Shown here in pieces: positions 12,289-25,764 of a stretch of 64,000 bases of DNA. Numbering within the stretch: the stretch's first letter is position 1; each line of letters starts with the position of its first letter. A program made the position numbers and the translations under genes. This DNA comes from Chiloscyllium plagiosum (lineage: Eukaryota): the NCBI RefSeq assembly GCF_004010195.1, contig NC_057750.1:3096761-3160760 (forward strand), read 5' to 3'. The notes under the pieces were generated by a model, which was not told where the DNA came from, searched no databases, and saw only the letters and a list, made by a program, of their open reading frames with translations.

Positions 12289-15176
12289 CTGAAAATAAAA
12301 CATATCTGAAAATTGTACTGTTTTTGTTAATCTGAACTAAAATCTCAGCTGAAACTGATATTTCAAAATTAGAACAGAGTAGATACAAAATATTCGTACA
12401 CCACTTTAAACTCTCCATTGAAAACAAGCTGCACAACAGAATCAAAACCTCAATCCTAAGTATTTCCCTGATCACAAGCTATATCCCTAAAATGTCCCCA
12501 TTTACTTGACAACATTGCTGCATGGTTATTACATACTTGCTCAGTATGCATATAAATCTACATCATGTGGTAATAGATCCAAAAACCCAGTAATCTGAAA
12601 TTTTTAAGTTACAGATAAAGCTGCATTACCATTTTTGAACAATTCAATAATAATCAAAAACATTAATATTTTACAAACTACTGCCAATACATCTTTATCA
12701 GTGCTTAATTCCTTGATATGTACAGCATCTCAAATTTTGCATCCAATAGCTCATGTAGGCAGGATCCTGCTGAACTTGACATACACCATGCCACTGTTTC
12801 CATACGCAAGGTCACTTTACATCAAGTAAACAAGTCTTGTATACTTTTATCATCAGTAGTCACAATGTTATTATTTGCTTTGTAGATGCAAGCACATTTC
12901 TTATCCATGTAAAAGAAAAAGTGCTTAATCATGACAATAAACACCTTTAACCTCTAGGAGAGCAATGTGCCCTCTTTGGTATGGAAAGCCTTGTTTATAG
13001 TTTATAAACAGCTTTGCACCATAAGTTTGCAGGTTTTAAGCCTGCTTAGTGCAACTGGATTGTCCACCAGATGAGATGTGGCAACAGGCATGTGGTAGCT
13101 AGATTAGATCAATTCTTTATTTTTAAAAAAGCAGTAGCAAGCCTTCTATTACAGGCCACTACATACTTCCAAGGAGTAGTCAGAAACCTTTCATGAAGGT
13201 TTTCATTTTATAAAGAAAAATGCAACAGAACTATTACCATGCACCACAGTAACAATGGATGCATCACAAAGGAGAACATATTTACAGATGTTATCAGAAG
13301 AACCCTGTAAATTAAGGAAAGCAGGCTCTCCAAAAGGAATTAAAATTTGGCATAGAATTCAACTGTTGAAAAAAGTTCCAACAGATTGGCTGGGACAGAA
13401 GCAAAGAAAGTCAAAAAAAGGAAATCTATTAAGTGCTTTCACATTCAATATACAAGAATGGAACAACTGTAGTCAATCATACCAAAAGAAAATCTGCATT
13501 CCGACGAAGGTTTTTACCTCATCAGAAGGGAAAGGGAATCATTGGAATTATAACTAAAAATAGCTTGGCACATCTGCTTTGCATTTTAAATAAAATTGTA
13601 GATTCTGACTTCAATCTAATTTGAACCTATTCCATAGGGGTATTTCACTACACTGTCGATGGGTACCATGTTTTAAGTGAGATCTTTAACTAAGATCTCA
13701 CTGCTTATTGCTGTCACTCCAACCTTTTGCCATCTAGAACAAATTTAACTGTAGTCTGTCTTCACTCATTTGTAGTACTTTTGCCTCAGAGTTTGAGCTC
13801 AGATTTAAACTTTACTCTAGGACTTGAGGACATTCTAAAGCATCAACCTCGATTAACAAGGGGAGCTGTATTGGTGGGACATGTCATCAGGCTGATAAAC
13901 ATATGCTCTGCTGACTTTTAGAAAGACATTACAGGCATTATAGCATTATTGAAAGGGCACAGGAGTTTTCCTAGTAATTTGGTCATGTCAATTCCTCAAA
14001 TAACTGGTTACTTTTGTCATTTCTTTTACAGGATCTTAGTGTAAAGTGGTTGCCCATTTCTTTTTCTTTTAACCAAGTAAAAACATTCCTAACTGGCTGT
14101 GAAGCCCTACTTGGTGACATCAAGTTTTATAGAAGTTCGGGTAGCATAGCATAGGAGGCAATTAGGATCGCTGCTTCTGCGCTGTATTTTTGCTTTTCAA
14201 GAACCAGAGTCCCATTTTCCCTCTGCACCAAATTTCTGCAATTTTATTTCCTCCAATTATTTATCCAATGTAATTTCCAAATCCTAACCATTGCACGAAT
14301 GTTTCTCATATTACTTAGTTTTTGCTAAACATCTTAAAAATCACAAATCCAGTTATCATTTTTTCCAGCCATAACTGGTTTAATTATCCAAAACCCATAA
14401 TTTTAAAAATTACTAAAACCAATCTTCTACCCTCTCCAGTTTATTCACACAACTGAATTCCTCCAAGTGGAGCTAATCTACTCTCGCTAAAGGCTTTACA
14501 TCCTTCCTAAAGTGTGATGCCCAAAACTGGATGCAACACTTCTACTGGAACTGAATGATGTATTTTGTGTGGATTGATTTTGCAAAATGTTACAAAGATG
14601 CAAATCTTTTTTTACTGGTACTGGCAAGGGACAGTGTACAAAAATAAGGACAAGAGGCATCATAGTTCTTTGAAAAATTTCATAGACATTCATTCCTATC
14701 TCAAAGCTGCCAGATGAAAAGTTACACTTTGTTGCAAGGTGAAAAAAATACTGGGCCCAGGTCATAGTGGAATATTATTATTACACACTGACCTCTAGGA
14801 AGTTGCAAATCACAAACTGTCTTTTAAATATGAGAGTTTAACAAAACTCAAATTTATAAACTTTCCAATCAAAAGGACATTTGGCATTCAAAGTTTAAAA
14901 TTATAGCATTATTGTCAAGCTCCATTGTCTTGGCTGCATGTCCAATTACAGCTAGCTAACCAATATAAAGGACCAGTATTTTGAGGAATAGATTAATGAA
15001 CATATCTAGCTGCAGGCAATGTGGTAAAGCATATTTCCATGGATAGACTATATATAAAACATCTAGGGTACATGGGATTATGGAATTTGGGACACAAATA
15101 GATGGATTGCACACTTCTTAAATGGCCTATTGTCTCTAATTCACAATTTTGCATGCACACAAGTATTTTTTCTTAC

Positions 15177-15296
15177 CTTCTGCCCCAATGGAGACAAGTT
15201 TTACTCCTTTGGATGCAATGAAATCCAACGCTTTATTGACATTGTTTATTTTATGCACCCTCATTTTCCCACGCTCTGGTTTTGGTAATCGCTCTC
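15177..15296 (-). CDS. ACTN4: alpha-actinin (ACTN4-like) coding exon 3
   Basis: 120 bp, tag|...|gtaaga; (G)[43 protein letters not shown] and INNV are ACTN4-type residues. Confidence 0.95.
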
Positions 15297-15643
15297 CTAG
15301 AAGAAAGGAAGAAAACATTGTACATTTTCTTTTATTAATCTCTTGGATGAAATTACAAAACCATAATTCTGAGAACCTACTTTAAGTTACAACTCCAGTG
15401 AAACAGTAATACTAAAAAGACTTCAGTTTCAGATATTGTAATTTATTTGATGGATTAAATGACCAAGGGCATAACTAAAAAAACAAACTTATGAATATCA
15501 AGACTTACGAGCCAATACCAGAATTCAAAATTAAGACTTTACTGCGGTGGACATTTGGTGGATATAAAGACAACAGTGAAGACCTAACACTAGGGAAAGA
15601 TATCAGCAAGAAAATGTTAGGATACATTTGAACAGATAAAAAC

Positions 15644-15768
15644 GGAGTTTTGAGAAACTTTGTAGCTCAGGTTGAGGTTTTGGATGTAAGTTTGCTTGTT
15701 GAGCTGAAAGGTTCATTTCCAGATGTTTGGAAATGAACCTTTCAGTTCAGCAAGCAAACCTACATCCA
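15644..15768. mobile_element. miniature PLE fold-back (~125 bp hairpin)
   Basis: gctgaaaggttcatttcca-gatgtt-tggaaatgaacctttcag palindromic centre; left tail gagttttgagaaactttgtagctcagg. Confidence 0.8.
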
Positions 15769-18001
15769 AAAGAGAGAAACAGGAAAAGGCTATTCGGCAC
15801 TTTGAGTCTGCTCCTTCAATATGACCATGCCTGACCATCTAACTCAATCCTCTGTTCACAATTTCACCCATACCCTTCAATCTCTTTAGCCCCAATTACA
15901 CCCATAACTACTCCTTCTAAACCCCTTCAATGTTATGGCCCCAGCCACTTTCTGTAGCAGAGAATTCCATAGGTTCCCCAATCTCTAGGTGAAGAAATGA
16001 TGCAAGTTTAAGAAAATCCCATCAGCAGACTAATGACAAATGCAATGCTGGACAACAACAATTATGTTACTTAAATTTCATATCGAATCTAAATTCAGTC
16101 ATAATTTAAATATACTTAGCTCAATTCAGCAGTAGTCACTGCTAATTATCTATCTAGTAAGACGTGAAACTACTTTAGAGTTCCAGCTTCAATTCCCGAT
16201 ACTTGTAGAGTTAACTGATCTCAATAAGGGTGGTAATATTTTTACAAATCACTATCTAGTAATCCAGCTAGAATTATGCATATGCAGGCATTTGTTTGTA
16301 ACAGGTTTCAGCTTGCCTGATACTACAACCAATGTGAATATAGACAGTCTCCAGGGTGCAACTGGGTTCGATTCCAAAATCCATTCGCAATTCAATTCAT
16401 ACACAAGTTGGAACACCATGCAGAGAAAAATAAGTAGCTGGTCATAACAAGGCAATGTTTTGTCTCGTCTTTAAAAATTACACTCCTGTATGCAATGTTT
16501 GTAAGTCAGATGAATGTTCATAAATTAAAGGAGCCCCTGTTGTCTGAAGTTCAATAATTAGTGTTAACAAACAGTAGCCACTTGTGTAAGATACACAGAC
16601 ATTCAAGGACTTCAATTGAAGCTAAAATTTTGAAGGCAGTCATTTGCTGAATTCCTCCATCAGCAAGGGACAAAAATAATGCCTTCTAATCAATCCTGCA
16701 CAAAAAATCCTTATGTTCCATTTGTAACATTTTTGTGAAAGGAATCACAGCGAGATGGATTTCAATATCTCTTGGTTCTACTATTTTCTTTTCCCTCTAC
16801 TCCTGATGCCTCTGAACATTTTTAAAGGGCTGTGGCTAACATTATGAAGGAGCATAGGACAGAAGGTAGTCGTCATCTGGTCCTTCAAGCCTGCTCTTCC
16901 ATTTGATAAGATAATGATTGATCTGATTGTATTCTCAACTCCACTTTTCAGTCAACCTCCATAACCTTTCTCTCTATCTAGCAAAATGCTGTCCCCCTCA
17001 GTCTTCATTGCAAAGTAGCTATTATGGAAATGCAATTATTAACTATGAATCACATTGCTAACCCAAGAACAGGAAGATGTGGCCAATATTTCTATCAGGT
17101 ATCTAAATGCCAACTGGCCAAAATCAGTTAACCTGGCATTGACTGGAGCACACAGCCACCAGCACTGAATCATCCAAGGAAAGGAGCGAAGTTCAATAAT
17201 TCCTTATTAAAAAGTGCTTTGAAAAAATGTGAGAAATTCGAGAACAGCAGAAACACTTTGCATTGCAACAGAAAGTCCAGATATACTATTCACTTTAACT
17301 AGATTATGGATTTCTGAGAAATGTCACGAGCATTGACATTAAATCTCTATTGAACAAAACATTGAAATTAAGCAGTGATAATGTAAAAGTTAGAACTTGT
17401 ATAGCATAAGAAGTCTACTAAATATCCTAAATATCTAAAAGCATTGTTTAGTTCTACAGAGACCTTGATTTAAAGATCACATTTTGCTATACGTGAGTGA
17501 ACTCAATAACAGCTCATAATAGCCTGTCAATTGTTATCTCTCCTGCTTTGATTAAAGAAAGTACGCATTGACATTGATCATACCATAACCAAAAGCCAAG
17601 TGAACACTAGTGTAGTGATTATGAAAGAGAAGTCTAAAATATTTGCAGTTTAGCTCTTTGGGCTAGAATTTTAAAGGTAATTAGTTGTACAAGATAATAG
17701 CATCACTATTTGTATTTGAAGATTAACTTCCACTATCCTGTTCAAATAAAATATAAAATCAGAAAAAGGAAACCCTCACATTCTTTGAATGTGAAAATAT
17801 TGGGTCCAATAGCATGAACATGACATTTTAAGCAGCCTGGGCATGATTCATTCTAAACTATACACATCTAGTCAATTTGCTCAGAATAAAATCAATCGCA
17901 GTTTTTAAGCCAGTCATGAGGGAGTAAGTCAATTAAAAGTTTCAACAGAAGGAAAAAGGAAGTGTGACCATTCAAACATGGTAAGAGTTATTTCTTTATC
18001 A

Positions 18002-18226
<225 letters not shown>

Positions 18227-20047
18227 CTAAGAAATTATAAAGACGACTAAGAAAATGGCATAGACATCAAATAAATACTTTAAAAATCAGTCTCGACAGC
18301 AAACAGACAGATATTGTGGAAAGCATGGAAAGCTTGGGAACCAAGGGACAAATGAAAATGAGGAACTTTAAAAGGTAGGAGCATCACAGAAATGAATGGG
18401 ACTAAAAGTAGCCAAAACCAGTGGATCAAAATGCAGTTTAGTGAGTGAGCTGGTGAATAATGGAGTAATAATTAATTCCGTTGTACATTTCTTCATGAAG
18501 TGAAGTATTACAAGCATAAATCTTAAGACAGTTGTAACTGATTGAGTTATAAACATTCAATTGAAACCCCAATTAGTGCCAATTTGCAATTAGCCATCAA
18601 TTCACACCAATGCCTGCACCCTCCAACTTTTAAGAGGTACAATAGAGACTATGGATGTGTTCGCTTTGATTTTAGATCTACAGCAGAGCCATTATAGATT
18701 GATAATAAGACTCCACTACCCTCAAAAACAAAACAGCAGCCAGCAACTCAGTAGTAGGGAAAAATGCTACAATTAATAGAAGCCTGCAAATCTATACTTA
18801 AAACTGTGCCAAATTTATGAAAGGGAAGGTGACTGGAGAATGTAACTAAGTTTGGAAATGGTGAAACTATAAAACATTTATTAGAATTTTACCAGTAAAG
18901 AAGGAGGCCATTCAACCCAGTATACCTGTACTGGCTCTCAAAAAAGAGTTAACCAGCCCATCCCACTCTCCAGCCCACCAACTTCACTTTCAAATTATAC
19001 TCAACGCTCCTTTGAAGCTTCCTGTGGAATCTGCCTCCACCACATTCCCAGGCAGATTCCAAATCCTAACTGACTAAAGTTTCTCATCTAACTTTTTGTT
19101 CTCTTGCTGAAAATCTTAAAATTGTGACCCCCTAGTTACTGACAAATAATATTTTTTGGCAAAAATATTTACTAAAAATGCCACAAGTTATATACAAAAG
19201 TAGTGGCATTAATTGAGAACCAGTTAATCAAAGTGGAAACAAGAACTAAAAAAGGTCACTTTCAAAGTTGATTGCAATAATTGAGGTATCAAAGCATCTG
19301 TGCATGTGTCTTATTTATAATTTTGATCAATAACTTGGATGAAAAGATTGAATACAAGACATCTTGTTTGACAAATTTTAGGTTTAAAAAAGTCAGTATG
19401 GAGGATGATGCAAAGAGGTAGAAATGGGATTATGGGTAGGCTTGAGTGGTAGGGTTATGGTTAGAATGGATATGGAATCTGTGGAGAATGATTATCTACT
19501 GTGAAAGGAAAACTAGACAGGTAGGATTTTTTCATTCAGAAAGACTGAAAAATTGTTATGTTCAGAGTCTTGGTGGCTTTGTACAAGAATGTGTTAAGTA
19601 CAACAATTAGAAAGGCAAATAAGATACTGCTTTTATTGCAAGGTGAATTTCTTTACTCATGTAATCCAACTGCAATTCCAGGCCACACCTGGAATACTAT
19701 ATGGAGTTTGTTCTCCATCCCAAAGACGGATGCAATTATCTTACACTGCAAAGGTTAACAAGATGGATTAATGGGTAAGGAGGTTAAGAGATTGAGTAAG
19801 CAAACAATATAGCATTGGAATAGGCCCTTTAGCCTAAGGCTGCATGAACATAGTTCTAAACTAACCTTTTGCAACATCCTTCCATTGCTATGACTAAGCC
19901 AGTTCTGTGTCCACTTTACCAGCTCATCTCCGACCCCATGCGACTTCACCTTTTATATCAGCCTAACATGGGGGAACCTCAAAAGTCTTGTTAAAGTCAT
20001 ATCCCTTAGCATTTAGGATGAAGATTTTTGTATATTTTTTTTAAAAT

Positions 20048-20660
20048 TGGAGGCATGGGTCTAGTACAAGGTGGGGAGGCTGAGAGAAGAGAGGAAACTG
20101 GTGAAATCCACATTAATCCCACATGGTTGCAGGGTCCCAAGGTGGAAGATGAAGAGTTCTTCCTCCAGGCGTCAGGTGGTTAAGATTTGGCAATGGAGGC
20201 AGTCCAGGACTTCCATGTCCTTGGTGGAGTGGGAGAGAGAAGTATTCAGCCATGGAAACTTGCGAAGGACCTCTGTTTTACATCCTCAAAGCCAGTGGCT
20301 GACCACTTTAACTCACCATCCCACTCCACCAAGGAGGTGCTGGTCCTGATCCTCCTCCATCACCAAACCCTAACCACCCAACACCTGGAGAAAGAATGCT
20401 TCAACTTCCGCCTTGGGACCCTGCAACCTCACAGGATTAATGTGAATTTCACCAGTTTCCTCATTTCCCCTCCCCCACCTTATCCCAGACCCATGCCTCC
20501 AACTCGGTACTACCATCTTGTCCTGTCCATTGTCTTTCCCACCTATTCGCTCCACCCTCCTCTCCGACCTATCACCTTCCCAACCACCATCTACTTATCG
20601 CATTCTCATTCTCAGCTGCCTTCCCCATAGCCCCACTCCTCTCCCATGTATCTCAGCTCT
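20048..20660. mobile_element. Neptune-type PLE endonuclease C-terminus as an inverted pair
   Basis: VADHFNSPSH...FRLGTLQPHRINVNF on the + strand; about 20048-20260 is its inverted copy. Confidence 0.72.
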
Positions 20661-20870
20661 TCTCAGAATGGGTGTGTCTTTAGAGAAGTAGAAGTTGAAG
20701 TGATTGGTTAGTACCTTCTCCGACCTATCACCTTCCCAACCACCATCTACTTATCGCATTCTCATTTTCAGCTGCCTTCCCCATAGCCCCACCCCTCTCC
20801 CATGTATCTCAGCTCTTCTCAGAATGGGTGTGTCTTTAGAGAAGTAGAAGTTGAAGTGATTGGTTAGTAC
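20561..20870 (+). repeat. direct tandem duplication, period ~156 bp
   Basis: tctccgacctatcaccttccc...gattggttagtac starts at both 20561 and 20717, with few mismatches. Confidence 0.9.
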
Positions 20871-20883
20871 ACAGGCCAGAGAT

Positions 20884-21193
20884 ATTAGATTAGATTCCCT
20901 GCAGTGTGGAAACAGGCCCTTCAGCCCAACCAGTCCACACTGACCCTCCAAAGAGTAACCCACACAGACCCACTTCCCTCTGACTAATGCATCTAACACT
21001 ATGGGCAATTTAAGCACGGTCAATTCAGCTAACCTGCAGATCTTTGGACTGAGGGAGGAAACCGGAGCACCCGGAGGAAACCCACACAGACACGGAGAAT
21101 GTGCAAACTCCACACAGACAGACAGTCGCCCGAGGCTAGAATCAAACCTGGGAACCTAGTGCTGAGGCTGCAGTGCTAAACATCGTACCACCC
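20884..21193 (-). mobile_element. V-SINE (HE1-like)
   Basis: tRNA-like head, V-domain gggtttcctccgggtgctccggtttcctcc, CR1-like tail gaagggcctgtttccacactg. Confidence 0.88.
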
Positions 21194-21221
21194 TTAAAAT
21201 CCCTGACAGTTTGCATTTGGT

Positions 21222-21790
21222 CTCACTGATGCAGAGGAGAGTTGAGAGTGTAGTGCTGGAAAAGCACAGCAGGCCAGGCAGCATCCAAGGAGCAGGAGAA
21301 TCGACGTTTTGGGCATAAGCCCTGCCCACGCTTCATCAGGAATGAAGTAGTGTGGGAAATGAAGGAGATGCGATTGAGGGCACTGTTGATTGCTGAGGAA
21401 GGAAAATTACACTCCTTGAAGTAGGCAGATGTTTGGAATGTCCTGGAATAGAATTGCTCATCCTGAGAACAGATATGGCAGATGAATTGGGAGTAGGTGG
21501 TTTTGTAGATGTCGGACTGTGGTCGGTCACCAGAGGTCCAGGAAGGGGAGGGAGGTATCAGATAGACCAGGGAAATATGGAGGTTGGGATGGAAGATGTT
21601 GGTGTGGTGAATGAACTGTTCAAGCTCCTTGTGGGAGCAAGATGCAGCACCAATAGAGTCATCGATGTAGCAGAGAAAAAAGGTGGCGGTGGTGCCAATA
21701 TAGCCATGGAAGAAGGATTGTTCCACATATTCTAAGAGGCAGGCATTGCTGGGACCCATGCAGGTACCCATTGCCGCCTTATGATACAAG
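21222..21790 (-). mobile_element. internally deleted Neptune-type PLE: RT remnant joined to a family-B pLTR
   Basis: AMGTCMGPSNACL...YIDD RT motifs, then cctgatgaag...gggcttatgcccaaaacgtcga pLTR/HHR remnant. Confidence 0.78.
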
Positions 21791-22514
21791 ATCAAAATTT
21801 CTTAACTGTTGTTTTGTCTTATGTTGGAACAGAGGCTTTGAGAGAGTACCGAGCTGTCTACTGAAAGCCCCATAAAGTAAATAGCTAGTGATGCCTTGGT
21901 TTTTTTTTTAAAAAAAGGTAGGTAGGAACAACAGAAGCAGCCTGTATGGTGGGGCAAGCTCCCAGAGAATCTGAATTTTTAGCTTTAGTTTTAAGCAGCA
22001 ATTGCTGGGGTCTTGAAGCTGGATTTGGAAGCTGCACTATACCTCTTCGTGCTACTCCGATTTGTTTGTTTTGCCCTCCTGGACTGGAGAATTGCCTGTA
22101 TGACAACCTATTTTACTGAATTTGCCTTTCGCCAAGTGTGTGTTTATGTGATGTTACTATATTGGAGCAGTTACTGTTTCATAACAGAATAATACATTTA
22201 TTTAGCTAAGTTTACCAATAGAGTTTGGTTATTCAGCTTTCTTTTGTATTTTAACTATACTGTAGGAATAAAGATGTTGTTTCAAATCTGCTACTTTGAC
22301 CAAAAATGTCTGGCACTTATTTAAAAAAATAAAAAGTTAGGATCTAGGCTATCATAAAATGTTTGAGGGTGTGGGGTTTGGTCAATCACAAAATGGATTA
22401 TTTCTCAAAAGCAATTTGTGAAAAGGTCTCGCATTTATATACTTTCCAACATCTGTGTCAAAGCACTTTACAGTCCTTCATTTAAGGAAATTAAAACACA
22501 ACTAACACAAGCAC

Positions 22515-22800
22515 TGAGTGGCTGTCTGGGGTCTGCACATTCTTCCCATGTCTGCATGGGTTTGTGCCAGGTGTTCCAGTATCTTCAGTCCAACGATGTG
22601 CAGGTTAGGTGGGTCAGCCGTGCTAAATTGCACATAGTGTTGTTCAGGGATGTGTAGGCTGGGTGGATAAGCCATAGGAAATGCAGGGTTACAAGGATGG
22701 GAGAATGTGTCTGGGTGGGATGCTTTTCAGAGGGTCAGTGTAGACTCGATGGACTGAATGGCTTCTGATGAGCACTGTGGGAATTCTTTGATTCTATGAC
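22515..22800 (+). mobile_element. degenerate V-SINE
   Basis: gcacattcttcccatgtctgcatgggttt...gctaaattg...tail ttctatga. Confidence 0.7.
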
Positions 22801-23580
22801 TAAGCAAAATTCCCTAGTTCTCCTCAAACAGTATTGGAATATTTTACATTTAACGAAGAGCAGATTTACAACATTTAGTATTTCCTTTTTAAAAGGTGGC
22901 ATCTTCAGCCTGAAATGGTGAGTACTTTAGAATCAGACAAGGATCCTGTGCTCTCTGCAGAAGGAACTTAAATTATATCCATTTGACTCAGATGGTGAGT
23001 AATGTGCTTACATACCCTACGCCAAAGGGAAAAATTAAACCACAATATTGTAATGGAACTTCACCATTTAATTTGGCTTCTGAACAACATGTTGGATCTC
23101 ATTTTGATCCAACCTCCATTGCCTTCAGATGAGAACAACAGGCCTTGTATCCGGTTTCCTACAACTAAAACGTTTTGCCAAGACATTGGAGGTTAGCAAC
23201 ATAACTTAGCAATGCAAGAGTACAGTCAGGAATTGGCCTGATCTAATATGAATGACAAATTTCCTCGCTGAAGGTGGTTGAAAAATTATAGTTTTTGCAA
23301 TAATCCAGCAACTTTGGTAGTTTTTTTTACCCCAAATGAGTTCAATTTCAGAATTTGCCATGGCACTAATAGAAACCTACGTCCCATAAAATTGCAGTGA
23401 TACAATATCCATTATCTTTTGGAGAAAGTGGGTGGAAACAAATTTGTTTGGGCACTCAAAACATTCAACCGATCTTGAAGTCCAAAATGTCTGTGTAAAT
23501 ATAATAGTATCAATGCACATGGGCTTTTCAGAACATACAGGACAGAAACAAGCCAATTGACCCAGACAAAAAAAATTAAA

Positions 23581-23913
23581 GAATCCATAGAATCCCTAGT
23601 GTGGAAGCAGGCCACTTGGCCCATTGAGTCCACACCAACCCTACGAAGAGCATCCCACCCAGATCCACCTGCTACCGCTGTATTCCCCATGGCTAACCCC
23701 ACCTAGTCTGCACACTGGTCAATTTAGCATGGCCAGTTGACCTAAACAGCACATCTTTGGGCTGTGGGAGGAAACCAAAGCACCTGGCAAAGAAACCCAC
23801 ATGGACACAGGGAGGATGTGCAAACTCCACACAGACAGCGATCGGAGGCTTGAATTGAACCCGGGTCTCTGGAGCGGAGAGGCAGCAGAACTAACCACTG
23901 AGCCACCATGCCA
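23581..23913 (-). mobile_element. V-SINE (HE1-like)
   Basis: head tggcatggtggctcagtggttag...ccgggttcaattc; V-domain; CR1-like tail. Confidence 0.88.
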
Positions 23914-25557
23914 CTCATCCTTCTTTATAATTAACATAACTTCTGTTTCTATCTCAAGTGCTCATCATCCTGCCCTCAGCTACTCACTGTGGCAGTGTCT
24001 CTCGCTTACAAGACTCGAATAGTAAGAATGGTTTGTGGCAAAAAGACAGCTTTAAAATACATACTAATTATAAATCAACACTAAAAAGGAATAAAGGCAT
24101 CCACAACTGGTTTGCTCATAGTATAAAAGTATGCAAGTATAAAAACTGAGTTTTTATACTCAAGCCTTGGAAAAACATTAAGTCAAAAAGCTCAAATTAA
24201 CTTGAACAGTTTTCTTTAACGAAAGCGTGATTCTCAAGATGCAGAAAATTTGATCATGAAGCTATTTGCCAAAATGTTCTGAAGATATTTTAAAATAAAA
24301 GTAGTCATAGTTGAGTCAATAGTCTAACACCATTAAAAACATGATGTTAGTGCTTGATAAAACCGCATCGGAAATGATGCTGCATAGCAACTTTGTATTT
24401 TTGGGATCCTGGTCTCATAACAGTTGCACTTAATTGATGGCCACAGGCCAGGAATATCTCAATTTTAGATCCAATTAGCAGATCTTAAATCAAAGCAACA
24501 ATGATGTACATGATCTCAAGGAGATTCAGCTCAAGAAGGAGATTCAGTGCAATTATCCTTCCTGATCAGCACCCAGCTGAAGTGCAAATGTAAACAGTGG
24601 AGAACACATTTAGAGTAATCAACAACAGCTTTGCTGGCTCAGTGTATTCATTTATTGCCAAATGAAGTGTTAAACAGGGAGTAAATATTCAGATTGATAG
24701 CTGACTGACCTTGTGAAAATTTGCAATTTTAACAGGTTTTAAATGACAATTCTACAGTGGAAATTAATTTGCACAGATTTGTTAGAATTTTCAGTGTATA
24801 CAAACTACCCTCACCGCTTTTGTGAACCATATTCACAAAAGTAATCTCTGTACAAGTGCATTCATAGACAATAGAATGATACACAAAAGGACCCCCTCTT
24901 CAAATTTGTACATACAGGTTTACATCTGAACATTAATTCTTACAAAACAAGGAGGAGATCAGAGTAAATAAAGGATTGCCTTTAACAGAAAATGGGAGCA
25001 AATTATGACAAGTTTATGAACTGGAAACACATTTCCTCATTTCATCTAGCTTAGTTAAGCTACCACTCAGAAACAACATTCTTTGGTGCTGAGGCTTTAT
25101 TCAAATGGATGCATCCAGTCAGTTTGGATGTTTTTACATACACAGAATACCTTTAAGTGTAGTGACAGAAGCCACAAATTCAGCTCATATTTCTGATTAA
25201 ACAAGAGGACACTACAGAATGTTTAAATAATTAATTACACATGGTAACCATCCAAACTTCTGCCATATCATAACCTTGGTTCTTAGTCACCCATAGGTTA
25301 CAGTTTGAGGGGACGAGTACTGTATTGCAACAACAAGCAAATGGCACTAATGTTAAGCAGATTTAATCAACACCAACACAAACAACTGAGGCTTCTTATA
25401 CAACAAACATTCGAAGCATTAAAACAAGCTGTAGCACATCCATGCTTAAAACTTATTAAAAATAGGTAAAATAATCTTAATTACTATCCCCTTTTCAGTA
25501 GTAGGATGAAATAATTTTTCAGTTATGATTTTCAGCAGTGGCTATGTATTTAATCAG

Positions 25558-25764
25558 GGAGAAAGTGAGGTCTGCAGATGCTGGAGATCAAAGTTGAAAC
25601 TTTATTGCTGGAACAGCACAGGTCAGGCAGCATCCAGGGAACAGGAGATTCGACGTTTCGGGCACAGGCCCTTCCTGAGGAAGGGCCTGTGCCCGAAACG
25701 TCGAATCTCCTGTTCCCTGGATGCTGCCTGACCTGCTGTGCTGTTCCAGCAATAAAGTTTCAAC
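25558..25764. mobile_element. family-B PLE mini fold-back; near-perfect palindrome
   Basis: ~85 bp arms centred at 25677; TSD ctatgtatttaatcag at 25542-25557 and 25764-25779. Confidence 0.9.
25675..25702 (+). ncRNA. minimal hammerhead motif (family B)
   Basis: CUGAGGA-a-gggc-cugu-gccc-GAAAC-GUC; flanks uuc/gaa can form stem I. Confidence 0.7.

Noticed and set aside
13730..14100. Possible ancient Deu-domain SINE remnants (also about 22800-23000 and 53100-53400)
   Set aside because: Too diverged to support or bound without alignment
25558..25764. Palindromes as pre-miRNAs or DNA-transposon MITEs
   Set aside because: Long variable TSDs, asymmetric tails, HHR cores and linkage to PLE RT/EN fit retroelement fold-backs better
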